From positions 2,880,001-2,944,000 of the forward strand of contig CBDEFM010000002.1 of assembly GCA_965237415.1 (NCBI GenBank): a DNA stretch of 64,000 bases. Direction: 5' to 3'. Origin of the DNA: Alphaproteobacteria bacterium (GTDB lineage: Bacteria > Pseudomonadota > Alphaproteobacteria > UBA828). Shown here one piece after another: positions 38,402 through 47,971 of the stretch; position 1 is the stretch's first letter; each line of letters opens with the position of its first letter. A program made the position numbers and the translations under genes. Below the pieces are notes generated by a model that was given only the letters and a program-made list of their open reading frames with translations, was not told the origin of the DNA and did not search any database.

Positions 38402-38463
38402 GTTGCCTGCGTCGGAAGGGTCGCGGGAGCGTCAGAAAAGTTGTGCGCATGGCATAGCGAGGC

Positions 38464-38641
38464 GAGAGTGAGTCCGTCTTTCACGGACTCGCGACGGGCC
38501 GCGACCGCGGCTCGCCGCTTCTGCGGCGCTAATCACGCACGCGCGAGCGCGTGGACGTGCGATGCGGAGGTGTTGGTCACAGGCCAGCTGCTGTAAGCAA
38601 GAAAGCTGGAGCGTTTCCACGTGAAACTGAAACGCTCCAGC
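38464..38641 (+). repeat. Dispersed repeat family 2, longest (diverged) copy
   Basis: GAGTGAGTCCGTCTTTCACGGACTCGCGACGGGCCGCGACCGCGG...; ends in a 13-bp stem GCTGGAGCGTTTC/GAAACGCTCCAGC. Confidence 0.8.
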
Positions 38642-38853
38642 AGGGCGATGAAAACCCCAGATTTTGTTGGGCCGTTCTGCTAAGTTCGCGCAACACAGTA
38701 GAATCGAAGAGAGAATAAAGGGAATCATGGAATTTGATAGAATAGTTCTTCTACGTCCCATTGGATTTGTTGGCTGTCCCGTGTGAGCACCTGAATACTT
38801 GTCTTCATTTGGCAACTGAAAAACGGCCGCAGTCGGTTGGAGAGGTGAGACGA

Positions 38854-39606
38854 GTGAACCTACTGCGCTTGATAATATTCACTACGATATCGCTATGCGG
38901 GGTAGCGAGCGCGGAAACAGGATCGGAAAAGGTTGAGAATGGTGGACATAGTAGCGGCGACCTCGAGATTCTGGATGTCCAGACTGAAGCAGAGCTGCGT
39001 TCTGTTCTAAATGAAGTAGGGCAGAAGTTGATTCCAACAGATTGTGGTGACTGGAATGAAGATGAACCACGGGTAGCCGCCGTGATGAATTTGGGTAGCT
39101 TTAAGGAGCTCTGGATAGGCAGCGAATATTCCGATTCCGAAGGCCTCGGCATAGAACGATTTCAGAAAAGGTATGAGATAAGAGACATTTCAAAAGGTGG
39201 AGAACCACTGCGGGGGAGCATCAACATCAGATTGCCAAGTGGCGAGATGGACGTCGAACGAACGTGTTTCAGTAAATTAAAAGACGTACAAGTCAGAGGG
39301 TCGAATGACGACGGAGAGGGAGTTTACAAGGGTAACCTTTGGAAAATGACAATCATTGAAATCAAATTCGGTGTCCTCGTCGAACCGCAAGGATTTTTGG
39401 GAGAGAGGACAGCGACGGGTGAAACACAGGTAACAGTAACGATGTCGGAGGGAATATTGGCCATGGCACTGCGAAAAAGTGCCGAGCATCTTTGGGCACT
39501 ACCGGGAAGCTTAGGATTGCTGATGTTGTGGGCCTTTGGGGGCCGAGTTTTGCGAAGGATGCAGGCAAAGTGGCGCTCGCGGTCGACGAGCGATCCAAGA
39601 GTGTGA
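38854..39606 (+). CDS. Low-GC orphan: signal peptide plus C-terminal membrane anchor
   Basis: Open frame in an AT-richer island; GGAGAGG before GTG; VNLLRLIIFTTISLCGVASA signal; C-terminal hydrophobic stretch and basic tail. Confidence 0.6.
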   Translation: MNLLRLIIFTTISLCGVASAETGSEKVENGGHSSGDLEILDVQTEAELRSVLNEVGQKLIPTDCGDWNEDEPRVAAVMNLGSFKELWIGSEYSDSEGLGIERFQKRYEIRDISKGGEPLRGSINIRLPSGEMDVERTCFSKLKDVQVRGSNDDGEGVYKGNLWKMTIIEIKFGVLVEPQGFLGERTATGETQVTVTMSEGILAMALRKSAEHLWALPGSLGLLMLWAFGGRVLRRMQAKWRSRSTSDPRV

Positions 39607-39653
39607 CGCGGATCGCGGATGCGCAGCTCCGCCAGCCCAGCCCGCGGCCGCAT

Positions 39654-40526
39654 TTAGCGCGCGCGGCGTCCGTGCGTGACGGTGCCGAAGGTCACGCCCC
39701 TGAGAAGCTGGTTCTGGAGGACGAAGGTCACCAGGACAACCGGGATCAGGAAGAGCGTCTCGATCGCAGCCAGCCTGCCCCAGTCCACGCCGATGCCGCT
39801 GCCGAGGCTGGCCCCCATGCCGACCGGCACGGTCCGCGTCTCCGGCCCGGTCAGCAGCAGCGCCATCAGGAACTCGTTCCAGGTGAGGATGAGGCCGAGC
39901 GTGGCGGTCGCGGCAATTCCGGCCTTCACCTGCGGCAGGCAGACACGGAAGAAGACCCGCCACTCGGAGCTGCCGTCGGTCCGCGCGGCGTCCTCCACCT
40001 CGCGCGGCAGATCGTCGAAGAAGCTCTTCATCATCCAGATGGCGAAGGGCAGGTTGAACGCGGTGTAGAGCAGGATGATGCCGAGGTAGCTGCCGGCCAG
40101 CCCGGTCATGCGAAAGATCACGAAGAGCGGGATGATGAGGACGATGGGCGGCAACATCCGCGCGGTCAGCACCACGAGCAGGTAGGTGTCGTTGCCCTTG
40201 AGCGGCCAGCGCGAGAAGCCGTAGGCCGCGGCGGTGCCGAGGATGAGCGCGAGCCCGACGCTCGCGCCCGAGACCACGATGCTGTTCACGAAGTAGAGCT
40301 CGAACCCGGTTTCGATCAGCGCGCCGCCCTGGTAGTGCACGCGCGCGAAGATGTTGGCGAAGTTGTCGAGGGTCGGCGTGAAGGCGAGCGTCGAGCTGAG
40401 AATGTCGCGCGGGCTCTTGAACGCGGTGAGCACGATCCAGAGCACCGGCAGAAAGTAGACGAAGCCGACGAGCGCGCAGAGCGCGGTGCGCCCCCATCCG
40501 GCCCGGCCGATCGCGCGCCGCCGCAT
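39654..40526 (-). CDS. Carbohydrate ABC transporter permease (MalG-like)
   Basis: AFNLPFAIWMMKSFF, EVEDAARTDG, LTWNEFLMAL. Confidence 0.88.
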   Translation of the reverse strand: MRRRAIGRAGWGRTALCALVGFVYFLPVLWIVLTAFKSPRDILSSTLAFTPTLDNFANIFARVHYQGGALIETGFELYFVNSIVVSGASVGLALILGTAAAYGFSRWPLKGNDTYLLVVLTARMLPPIVLIIPLFVIFRMTGLAGSYLGIILLYTAFNLPFAIWMMKSFFDDLPREVEDAARTDGSSEWRVFFRVCLPQVKAGIAATATLGLILTWNEFLMALLLTGPETRTVPVGMGASLGSGIGVDWGRLAAIETLFLIPVVLVTFVLQNQLLRGVTFGTVTHGRRAR

Positions 40527-40551
40527 CCCGCCTCGGCTGTGCCTGCTAAAC

Positions 40552-42237
40552 TCAGGCCGGGAGCGCGGCAGGCCAGCGCCGGTGCCAGTCCGTCTCGCGC
40601 TGATACTGATGGCCGAGGCGGAACAGAAACGCCTCGGCAAACGGCCGGCCGATGAGCTGGAACGAGGTCGGCATCCCGTCGGGCGTGAAGCCGCAGGTCA
40701 CGCTCAGCGCCGGCAGGCCGAGGTAGTTCACCACGCGCGTGTTGCGCGTCAGCCCCACGACCATCTTGAGATAAGCCGGTCCGTCCCGGTAGACGGTGTC
40801 CGCGAGCGTCGGCGTCGGCATCGGCAGCACCGGGGCCAGCAGCGCGTCGCAGTCCCCGAACACAGCGTCCATAAAGACCCGGAGCGCATGGGCGCGGTAC
40901 TGCAGGGCGTTGATGTAGTCGGTCGCGGGGATGAAGAAGCCCGCCTGCAGGCGTTTGCCCACCTCGTCGGAATACTCCGCGTCGCGCTCGCGCTTCCAGG
41001 GCAGGTGGTTGGCTGCGCCCTCGGCCTTCATCAACAACGGGTGGATCGCGGACACGGTATCGAGCAGCGCCGGCATGGCGACGGGCACGAGGGTCGCGCC
41101 GAGGCCCGTGAAGACCGCGTGGCTGGCCTCGATCGCGGTAGCCACGCCCGGATCCAGGTCCTCGTCGAAATAGCCGGCAGGAATGCCGATGCGCACGCCG
41201 CGCACACTCTGCTCCAGCGTCGCCTCGTAGTCGGGCACCGGCTCGGCGCTCGTGGTGGCGTCATTCTCGTCCGCGCCTGCGATTACGCCGAGTACGCGGG
41301 CACAGTCCTGCACCGTCCGCGCCAGCGGTCCCATCACGTCGAGCGACCAGGACATCGGCATGCAGCCGAAGCGGCTGACGCGGCCCTGTGTGGGGTTGAT
41401 GCCGGCGATGCCGTTGGCCGCCGCAGGGCAGCGGATCGAGCCGCCGGTGTCTGAGCCGAGCGCCGCGTAGACCAGGCGGCCGGCGACCGCCGTGCCCGAG
41501 CCCGAGGACGAGCCGCAGGGAATGCGCTCAAAATCCCAGACATTGCGGCAGCGCGGCAGATGGGCGTTGAAGCCGTGGGGGCCCATGGCGAACTCGACCA
41601 TGGCGAGGCTGCCGAGATCGACGGCACCGGCCGCATCGAGCCGGTCGAGCACGGTGGCCGTCGCGGCCGGGCGGAATTCGCGTCTGATCCGGGAGCCGCA
41701 GCTCGAGACCTTGCCGGCCCGGTAGTACATGTCCTTGTGGGCGAGCGGCACGCCCGCGAGCGGGCCGGCTGCCTCGCCGCGGCCCCGGTTCTTGTCGATC
41801 TCCCGTGCGCGGGCCAGCGCGTCCTCGGCATCGAGGCGGACGAAGGCATGGAGGTCGGGGTCCAGCCGGTCGATGCGCGCGAGCGCCGTTTCCACCAGAT
41901 CGGTGGCGGAGAGCTCGCCGTTGGCAACCGCATCCGCCGCCTCGCAAAGGCTGAGTGCCGCGATCTCGTCTGAGCCCCCGGCCGCGCCCGTGCCGACGTC
42001 AGGCGCGGTGGCCGTGTCGACGTCCACATGCCCACCGCCATCAGTGGTCTTCAACGCGTGCAGCGCTTGCTCGAAAGAAGCGGGCAGCCGGTCGAAGTCG
42101 TGATCGGGCCGCGCGGCCTCGACCGCCGCGTGCAACTGGCCGAGTTCGATCGGGAGCTCGGCGACCCTCTCGTCCGTTAGCGGGATGCGCTGGCATTCCT
42201 CGTTCAGCCGCCCGATCGTCTCGCTGCTGATCGCCAT
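40552..42237 (-). CDS. Amidase-signature family enzyme with an extra N-terminal small domain
   Basis: GVPLAHKD, CGSSSGS, LGSDTGGSIRCPA (Lys-Ser-Ser triad); ~85-aa N-terminal extension. Confidence 0.9.
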   Translation of the reverse strand: MAISSETIGRLNEECQRIPLTDERVAELPIELGQLHAAVEAARPDHDFDRLPASFEQALHALKTTDGGGHVDVDTATAPDVGTGAAGGSDEIAALSLCEAADAVANGELSATDLVETALARIDRLDPDLHAFVRLDAEDALARAREIDKNRGRGEAAGPLAGVPLAHKDMYYRAGKVSSCGSRIRREFRPAATATVLDRLDAAGAVDLGSLAMVEFAMGPHGFNAHLPRCRNVWDFERIPCGSSSGSGTAVAGRLVYAALGSDTGGSIRCPAAANGIAGINPTQGRVSRFGCMPMSWSLDVMGPLARTVQDCARVLGVIAGADENDATTSAEPVPDYEATLEQSVRGVRIGIPAGYFDEDLDPGVATAIEASHAVFTGLGATLVPVAMPALLDTVSAIHPLLMKAEGAANHLPWKRERDAEYSDEVGKRLQAGFFIPATDYINALQYRAHALRVFMDAVFGDCDALLAPVLPMPTPTLADTVYRDGPAYLKMVVGLTRNTRVVNYLGLPALSVTCGFTPDGMPTSFQLIGRPFAEAFLFRLGHQYQRETDWHRRWPAALPA

Positions 42238-42248
42238 GGCTCCCTTCC

Positions 42249-42761
42249 TCATGCCTTGCGCGCCGCCTCCGCCACTCTGCGCCAGAAGGCCTCGTCCCAC
42301 CAGCGCCGCGCGGCACCGGAGGTGGACGGCAGCACGTGGATCGCGGTCTCGCCGATGCGCCGCAGCTGCTCTCCATAGTCGATGGTCGCGTTATCGAGAA
42401 AGACGCGCGCCGCCCGCTTGCCGTTGAAAGCCAGGACAGCCGGCCGATACCGGGCGATCTTCGCGGCGAGCGCCGCCGTATCGTCGGCTTGGCCCGACAG
42501 GCTTACGTCCGAGCCGGCTTCCGTTTTGCAAAGATCGGTAAGTCCGATGCCGTAGCCCCGCACGGTACGGAATTCCGCCGGCGCAAGGATTCGCGGGGTC
42601 AGCCCCACGCGGTAGAGCGTCGGCCAGAAGCGGTTGCCGGGGCCGGCATAGTAGGCGCCGGCGCGCGCCGAGGCCGCGCCCGCCGCCGAGCCGCAGAAGA
42701 CGATGCTGAGTCCTGAGCCCAGCACATCGGGCAGGACATCCGGCAGGATGGGGGCAGCCAT
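42249..42761 (-). CDS. mug: Mismatch-specific (G/U) uracil-DNA glycosylase
   Basis: GAYYAGPGNRFW, GIGLTDL, AFNGK, VLPSTSG. Confidence 0.88.
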   Translation of the reverse strand: MAAPILPDVLPDVLGSGLSIVFCGSAAGAASARAGAYYAGPGNRFWPTLYRVGLTPRILAPAEFRTVRGYGIGLTDLCKTEAGSDVSLSGQADDTAALAAKIARYRPAVLAFNGKRAARVFLDNATIDYGEQLRRIGETAIHVLPSTSGAARRWWDEAFWRRVAEAARKA

Positions 42762-42844
42762 GGGCCGGCGCTCTCTCCTCTTGCGATTGGCGGGGCGCTC
42801 TATAATAGACGCCTTGCGGTTGACGACAGCGACGGAGCGGGACG

Positions 42845-44104
42845 GTGCGGAACATCAAGGTCGATGGCGATCGCCTGTGGGCGAGCCTCATGGAGATGGC
42901 GAAGATCGGCGCGACGGAGAAGGGCGGCGTCTGCCGGCTCGCGCTCACCGACGTGGACAAGGCGGCGCGCGATCTCTTCGTCCAGTGGTGCGGGGAGGCC
43001 GGCTGTACCGTCAGCGTCGACAAGATGGGCAACATCTTCGCCCGTCGGGCGGGCAAGGACGAGACGCTCCCGCCGGTGATGACCGGCAGCCATATCGACA
43101 GCCAGCCGACGGGAGGCAAGTTCGACGGCATCTACGGCGTGCTCGCCGGCCTCGAGGTGATCCGCACCCTCAACGATCTCGGCTACGAGACCGACGCACC
43201 CATCGAGATCTCGGCCTGGACCAACGAGGAAGGCTCGCGGTTTGCGCCGGCGATGGTGGCATCGGGCGTCTTCGGCGGCGTGTTCACGCTGGAGGAAGGC
43301 CTGGCGTGTGCGGATGTCGACGGCAAGACCATCGGCGAGGAGCTGGAGCGCATCGGCTACGCCGGCGAGATGGAATGCGGTGGGCGCGAAGTCGGCGCCT
43401 TCTTCGAAGCCCACATCGAGCAGGGGCCGATCCTCGAAGCGGAGGAGAAGACCATCGGCATCGTGCAGGGGGTACAAGGCATCAGCTGGTTCGACGTGTC
43501 GGTGACGGGCATGGATTCCCACGCCGGCACGACGCCGATGGAGCGCCGCCGGGATGCCCTGGTCGGCGCCGCCAGGCTGGTTACGGCGATCGACCAGCTC
43601 GCGCTCGACAACGCGCCGGACGGCCGCTCGACCGTCGGCGTGATGCGGGTGAGCCCCAACTCCCGCAACGTCATCCCGGGTTCCGTCTACTTCTCGATCG
43701 ACCTGCGCCACCCCGACGCCGACAGGCTGGCGACCATGACCGCGGACGCCCGGCGCCATGCAGAGGAAATCGCCGCCGAGCGCGGGCTGGAGATCACGGT
43801 CGAGGAGATCTGGCACTCACCGCCGGTGAAGTTTGCCGATGCGTGCGTGGGTGCCGTCCAGAACGCGGCCGAGACCCTGGGCTATGCGAGCCGGCCGATC
43901 ACCTCGGGCGCCGGCCACGACGCGGTCTACGTCTCGCGCGTCGCCCCCACCGGCATGATCTTCATCCCCTGCGAGGACGGGATCAGCCACAACGAGATCG
44001 AGGCCGCCACGCAGGCCGACATCGCCGCCGGTTGCGACGTATTGCTGAATGCGATGGTCTCGCTCGCCACCCGCGACGAGGACGAGGCGCGCGAGGGCGT
44101 GTGA
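42845..44104 (+). CDS. Zn-dependent hydrolase, M20 family (beta-ureidopropionase/N-carbamoyl-L-amino-acid hydrolase, PydC-like)
   Basis: GSHIDSQPTGGKFDG, WTNEEGSRF, EAHIEQGPILE, HAGTTPM, SGAGHDA, GISHNE. Confidence 0.92.
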   Translation: MRNIKVDGDRLWASLMEMAKIGATEKGGVCRLALTDVDKAARDLFVQWCGEAGCTVSVDKMGNIFARRAGKDETLPPVMTGSHIDSQPTGGKFDGIYGVLAGLEVIRTLNDLGYETDAPIEISAWTNEEGSRFAPAMVASGVFGGVFTLEEGLACADVDGKTIGEELERIGYAGEMECGGREVGAFFEAHIEQGPILEAEEKTIGIVQGVQGISWFDVSVTGMDSHAGTTPMERRRDALVGAARLVTAIDQLALDNAPDGRSTVGVMRVSPNSRNVIPGSVYFSIDLRHPDADRLATMTADARRHAEEIAAERGLEITVEEIWHSPPVKFADACVGAVQNAAETLGYASRPITSGAGHDAVYVSRVAPTGMIFIPCEDGISHNEIEAATQADIAAGCDVLLNAMVSLATRDEDEAREGV

Positions 44105-44105
44105 T

Positions 44106-45140
44106 CTAACCTGCGACTTCGCGGCGGACGATGGCGGCGCCCTCGACCATCGCCTGGAGCTTGCCGAACGCGGTCTGCCGCGTGAGGTACTTCATGCCGC
44201 AATCGGGTGCGGCGACGAGGCGGTCCGCCGGCACCACCGCGAGCGCCTCGCGCAGCCGCGCCGCCACGGTCTCCGGCCGCTCGATGGCGGGATCGTTCAT
44301 GTCGATCACGCCGTAGAGAATTTCCTTCGACGGCAGGTGGGCGAGCACCGCCGGGTCGAGACCCGGCTGGGCCGCCTCGATCGAGATCTGGTCCACCGCC
44401 GCAGCCTCCAGCTCCGGCAGGAAGGAATAGCCGCTGGGCTTGTCGTGAACCGCGTAGGCGTAGCCGAAGCAAAGATGCAGCGCGGTCTTGCCGTCCACGC
44501 CGTCGAGCGCCCGGTTGATCGCCTTCACCGCGTAGGCACGCGCCGGCTCGGGCCGGGCCTGCACATAGGGCTCATCGAGCTGCACGATGTCGGCGCCGGC
44601 GGCGAAGAGGTCCCTGATCTCCTCGTTGACCGCCTCCGCATAGGCCATCGCGAGGCTTTCGTCGTCCGGGTAATAGGCGTTCTCCGCCTGCTGGGTCATG
44701 GTGAAGGGGCCGGGCACAGTGATCTTGATCGTGCGATCCGTGTTGGCGCGCAGGAACTTGACGTCCTCCACCTCGACCGGGCGCTCGCGCCGGATCGGCC
44801 CTGAGACGAGGGGGACGGACGCGGGATTCCCGGTTCGGTCCATGTGCGTGCCCGTCCGCTCCTTGTCGATGCCGCCGAGTGCCGTGGCAAGCCGGTTGGA
44901 ATAGCTCTCGCGTCTGATCTCGCCGTCGCTGATGACGTCGAGGCCCGCGCGCTCCTGATCCCTGATCGCGGCCAGCGTCGCCGCCTCCTGGGCTTCCTCC
45001 AGATGCTCGGGCGGGATGCGCCACATCTCCTGCGCGCGCACTCTGGGCGGCAGGCGGTTCACCAGGTTATCCCGGTCGACGAGCCAGTCCGGCTGCGGAT
45101 AGCTGCCGACGACGGCGGTGGTCAGTACGCCCTCGCTCAT
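44106..45140 (-). CDS. Cobalamin-independent methionine synthase II family, single (catalytic) barrel
   Basis: VGSYPQP, SDGEIRRESY, PGPFTM, QLDEP, Zn ligands HLC...E...PDCG. Confidence 0.88.
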   Translation of the reverse strand: MSEGVLTTAVVGSYPQPDWLVDRDNLVNRLPPRVRAQEMWRIPPEHLEEAQEAATLAAIRDQERAGLDVISDGEIRRESYSNRLATALGGIDKERTGTHMDRTGNPASVPLVSGPIRRERPVEVEDVKFLRANTDRTIKITVPGPFTMTQQAENAYYPDDESLAMAYAEAVNEEIRDLFAAGADIVQLDEPYVQARPEPARAYAVKAINRALDGVDGKTALHLCFGYAYAVHDKPSGYSFLPELEAAAVDQISIEAAQPGLDPAVLAHLPSKEILYGVIDMNDPAIERPETVAARLREALAVVPADRLVAAPDCGMKYLTRQTAFGKLQAMVEGAAIVRREVAG

Positions 45141-45166
45141 GGGGTCCATCCCTTTCGTTGCCGGCG

Positions 45167-45194
45167 CATGGCCGTGGTGAGAATTCCGGGCTAG
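45167..45194 (-). repeat. Dispersed repeat family 3, copy C
   Basis: Reverse complement CTAGCCCGGAATTCTCACCACGGCCATG. Confidence 0.75.
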
Positions 45195-45237
45195 GCTGGG
45201 CCGCGCCTTGGGGCGGGATAGCACGGAGTAGGGGGCG

Positions 45238-46068
45238 ATGAAACTCTGCCTGATCCAGATGAACAGCACGCCCGACCACGCGGAGAACGTGGCCCGCGCA
45301 GCGACCCATATCGACCGGGCCGTTGCGGCCGCGTTGCCCGATCTCGTGGTCGTGCCGGAGTTCTTCAACCACCCTTATGTCTTCCAGTATCGCGACTACC
45401 GGCATATCGACGAGGCGGAGAGCGCGGACGGCCTCGCCATCTCCGCCATGCGCGCCAAGGCACGCGAGCACGGCATCCACATTATCGCCACGATCTTCGA
45501 GATAGAATCCGCCGGCATCTGCTACGACAGCGCCATCGTGATCGACCCATCCGGCGAGATTCTCGGCCGCTACCGCAAGGCGCATCCGGCGGCGGTCCGC
45601 AGCCTGGAGAAGATCTATTTCCGCTACGGCTCGCACTTCCCCGTGTTCAGAATCGGCGAGTGGCGGGTCGGCATAAACATATGCTACGACACGTTCTTTC
45701 CCGAGTCCGCGCGCTGCGCTGCGGTCAACGGCGCGGAGCTGATCGTGGTCCCCTTCGCCTGCCCGCCCATCGCCTGCTGGCGCGAGACCATGCGGACCCG
45801 CGCCTTCGAGAACGGCGTGTATTTCGCCCCCTGCAACAAGGTGGGCCTGGAAGGGGAGTGGACCTTCGGCGGGCGCAGCATGATCGTGGCTCCCGATTCC
45901 GAGGTGCTGGCCGAGGCGGGCGACGAAGGCGACGAGACCATCACGGCGACCCTCGACCGTGCCCGTGTCTTCGAGGCCCGCCGCGCCTGGCCAATGTTCC
46001 GCGACCGCCGCCCCGACCTCTACACGTCCATCACGACGCCGACGGAAGACATCCCGCGGACCGACTGA
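45238..46068 (+). CDS. Nitrilase-superfamily C-N hydrolase
   Basis: VPEFF, YRKAHP, NICYDTFFPE, FRDRRPDLY. Confidence 0.9.
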   Translation: MKLCLIQMNSTPDHAENVARAATHIDRAVAAALPDLVVVPEFFNHPYVFQYRDYRHIDEAESADGLAISAMRAKAREHGIHIIATIFEIESAGICYDSAIVIDPSGEILGRYRKAHPAAVRSLEKIYFRYGSHFPVFRIGEWRVGINICYDTFFPESARCAAVNGAELIVVPFACPPIACWRETMRTRAFENGVYFAPCNKVGLEGEWTFGGRSMIVAPDSEVLAEAGDEGDETITATLDRARVFEARRAWPMFRDRRPDLYTSITTPTEDIPRTD

Positions 46069-46085
46069 TCGCGGTGGCTTGGGGA

Positions 46086-47621
46086 ATGGAGACTGCAAGA
46101 CGGACTGTGGCAGCCGCCGGCTTGGTCTGCATTATTGCCCTTGCCGGTGCGGCGTTGCCGGTCGCGGCCGCCCTTGCTGCGCTGGAGGAAGGCCCGCCCG
46201 TGCCGGCAGCGCGCACGATCCCCGTCGCGCCGGTCGATCCCGACAGCACGGCCGGGCGGATCGTCCTTCCCGTCGCCGATTGGCTGGAGGAACGCTTCGG
46301 TTCCGACTCCGAGACGATCCGGCTCACGCTCGATGCGCCGCTATGGGCGGAGGAGCGGGAAGGCACCGTCACACTCCATCTTCCCGGGGCGAGGCTCGTG
46401 GAGCCCTCCGCGCCCCTCGTCCAGTGGGCACTCGGCGACCTGGCCATCGCGGTGACACCGCGGAGCGAAATTGCCTACGACTTCGAGGCCGCGCTGCCGG
46501 CGACGATCGACAAGGGGCGAGAGCGCCTCACGATTGGCGAGGCCACAATCTCCGGCACGTGGCGGTCCGATCTGGAGATCACGACCAATCTGGAGGCCAA
46601 TGCCGCCAACCTCCGGCTCTTCGAGGGCACGGGGTCGGCTGCGGTGGAGACAATGTCATTGGGGGTGCTCGCCGTCGCGGACGAGCTGGTTGAGGGCGCC
46701 GACGGGCTGTGGGACGGCCACTCCATGCTCAGTCTGTCCGGCCTGGAGGGCGAGGGTGTCACCCTGGGCCGGGTCGAGATCGCGGGCAGCTTCGAGGACT
46801 TCGATCGCGATTTGATCCTGCAGACGCGCGGGGACGTCGGCTCGTTCACAGGCGGTATGGGCGGGCCGACGGCGCTCGCGGACGTTCTGACGCCCCTCAT
46901 CGGCGGGCGCTGGGGGCGGTCCGAGTTTTCGGTCGTGTTGCAGGACTTGACGGCGACCGACGACGGCACCGGCTTGACCGATGGCGGCGAACTTTCGCTC
47001 GGCCGGCTGGAGTGGCGGGTCGATCTCGACGGACGAACGGACCTCGCAGGCCTCGCCACGCGAATCGCGGTCGCCGACCTTCGGCTCGGCGGAGAGGCCA
47101 CCGCCGAGATCCCGCCCGCGCTCATGCCCCATGCGGCGACCATCGATATCGCCCTGGAGCGATTGCCGCTTCGGCGGATCGCCGAGGCGCTCTCCGCGCC
47201 TTCCCCGTCAGATCAAACCCGCGAGCCCCAACGTGGATCGATAGCGGATACCGTCCTCGCGCATCTGGACGCGGCGGATTCCGCATTCGAGCTTCGGGAC
47301 ATCCACGTGGCTGCGCCGTCATACGAGCTCCGTGCCGATGGCCGGTTCCAGGTCGAGCCGGCCAGCCTCTTCGGCATCATCGGCCGCTTGGATGCCCGCA
47401 TTCGGGGGCTGAGCTCTCTCATGGCGCTGGCTGCGGGGGAGGGGGAGGAGGACGCGGTGGCGTTGCTGATCGTCCTCCAGGGTCTCGGCAGGCCGGTTTT
47501 CGAGGAGGGTGCGGACGAGCCATTTTACGCCTATGAGATCGACTTGCGCCGCGACGGCGGCGTCACCGTTAACGGCATTCCCTTCGACATGCTGCTCCCA
47601 GGCGGCCTCTCGCCTCAGTGA
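46086..47621 (+). CDS. Exported hypothetical protein (DUF2125/YdgA-like beta-rich)
   Basis: N-terminal signal; beta-rich acidic body; C-terminal YEIDLRRDGGVTVNGIP. Confidence 0.6.
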   Translation: METARRTVAAAGLVCIIALAGAALPVAAALAALEEGPPVPAARTIPVAPVDPDSTAGRIVLPVADWLEERFGSDSETIRLTLDAPLWAEEREGTVTLHLPGARLVEPSAPLVQWALGDLAIAVTPRSEIAYDFEAALPATIDKGRERLTIGEATISGTWRSDLEITTNLEANAANLRLFEGTGSAAVETMSLGVLAVADELVEGADGLWDGHSMLSLSGLEGEGVTLGRVEIAGSFEDFDRDLILQTRGDVGSFTGGMGGPTALADVLTPLIGGRWGRSEFSVVLQDLTATDDGTGLTDGGELSLGRLEWRVDLDGRTDLAGLATRIAVADLRLGGEATAEIPPALMPHAATIDIALERLPLRRIAEALSAPSPSDQTREPQRGSIADTVLAHLDAADSAFELRDIHVAAPSYELRADGRFQVEPASLFGIIGRLDARIRGLSSLMALAAGEGEEDAVALLIVLQGLGRPVFEEGADEPFYAYEIDLRRDGGVTVNGIPFDMLLPGGLSPQ

Positions 47622-47870
47622 GTGCCGACGACTGTCGAGTACGGGAAGTGCGCCGTGATCGAGTTCGGCTTCATCGACCACCCGCTGGCCGGGACGCCAA
47701 TCGGTGCGGCGCTGGACCTGTGCATCGTCCTCACGCTGGTGTTCATCCCGTCCATCCGCGTCACCGAATCGATCTCCGCCGCGAAATACCCCGGCTACCG
47801 TGCGTACCAGGCGAAGACGCCGGCGCTCATTCCCTTCCTGCGGTTCGCCCGTCCTGCCAGGGGCGCTTAG
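47622..47870 (+). pseudogene. 3' remnant of a DUF1295 (steroid 5-alpha reductase-like) gene
   Basis: SIRVTESISAAKYPGYRAYQAKTPALIPF matches the family C-terminus; N-terminal part absent. Confidence 0.55.
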
Positions 47871-47971
47871 CGCACAGGGACCGCTATGGAGGACCAGCCG
47901 GTGCGATGCGCCCCTTGCCAGGGTGCGGCGGGGGCGGGATAGTTTTGTCGAGCAGTCGAGGGGCTGACGGC

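Noticed and set aside
38613-38627. parS-like GTTTCCACGTGAAAC
   Set aside because: One base off the parS palindrome spacing, single copy, and better explained as part of the family 2 terminal hairpin
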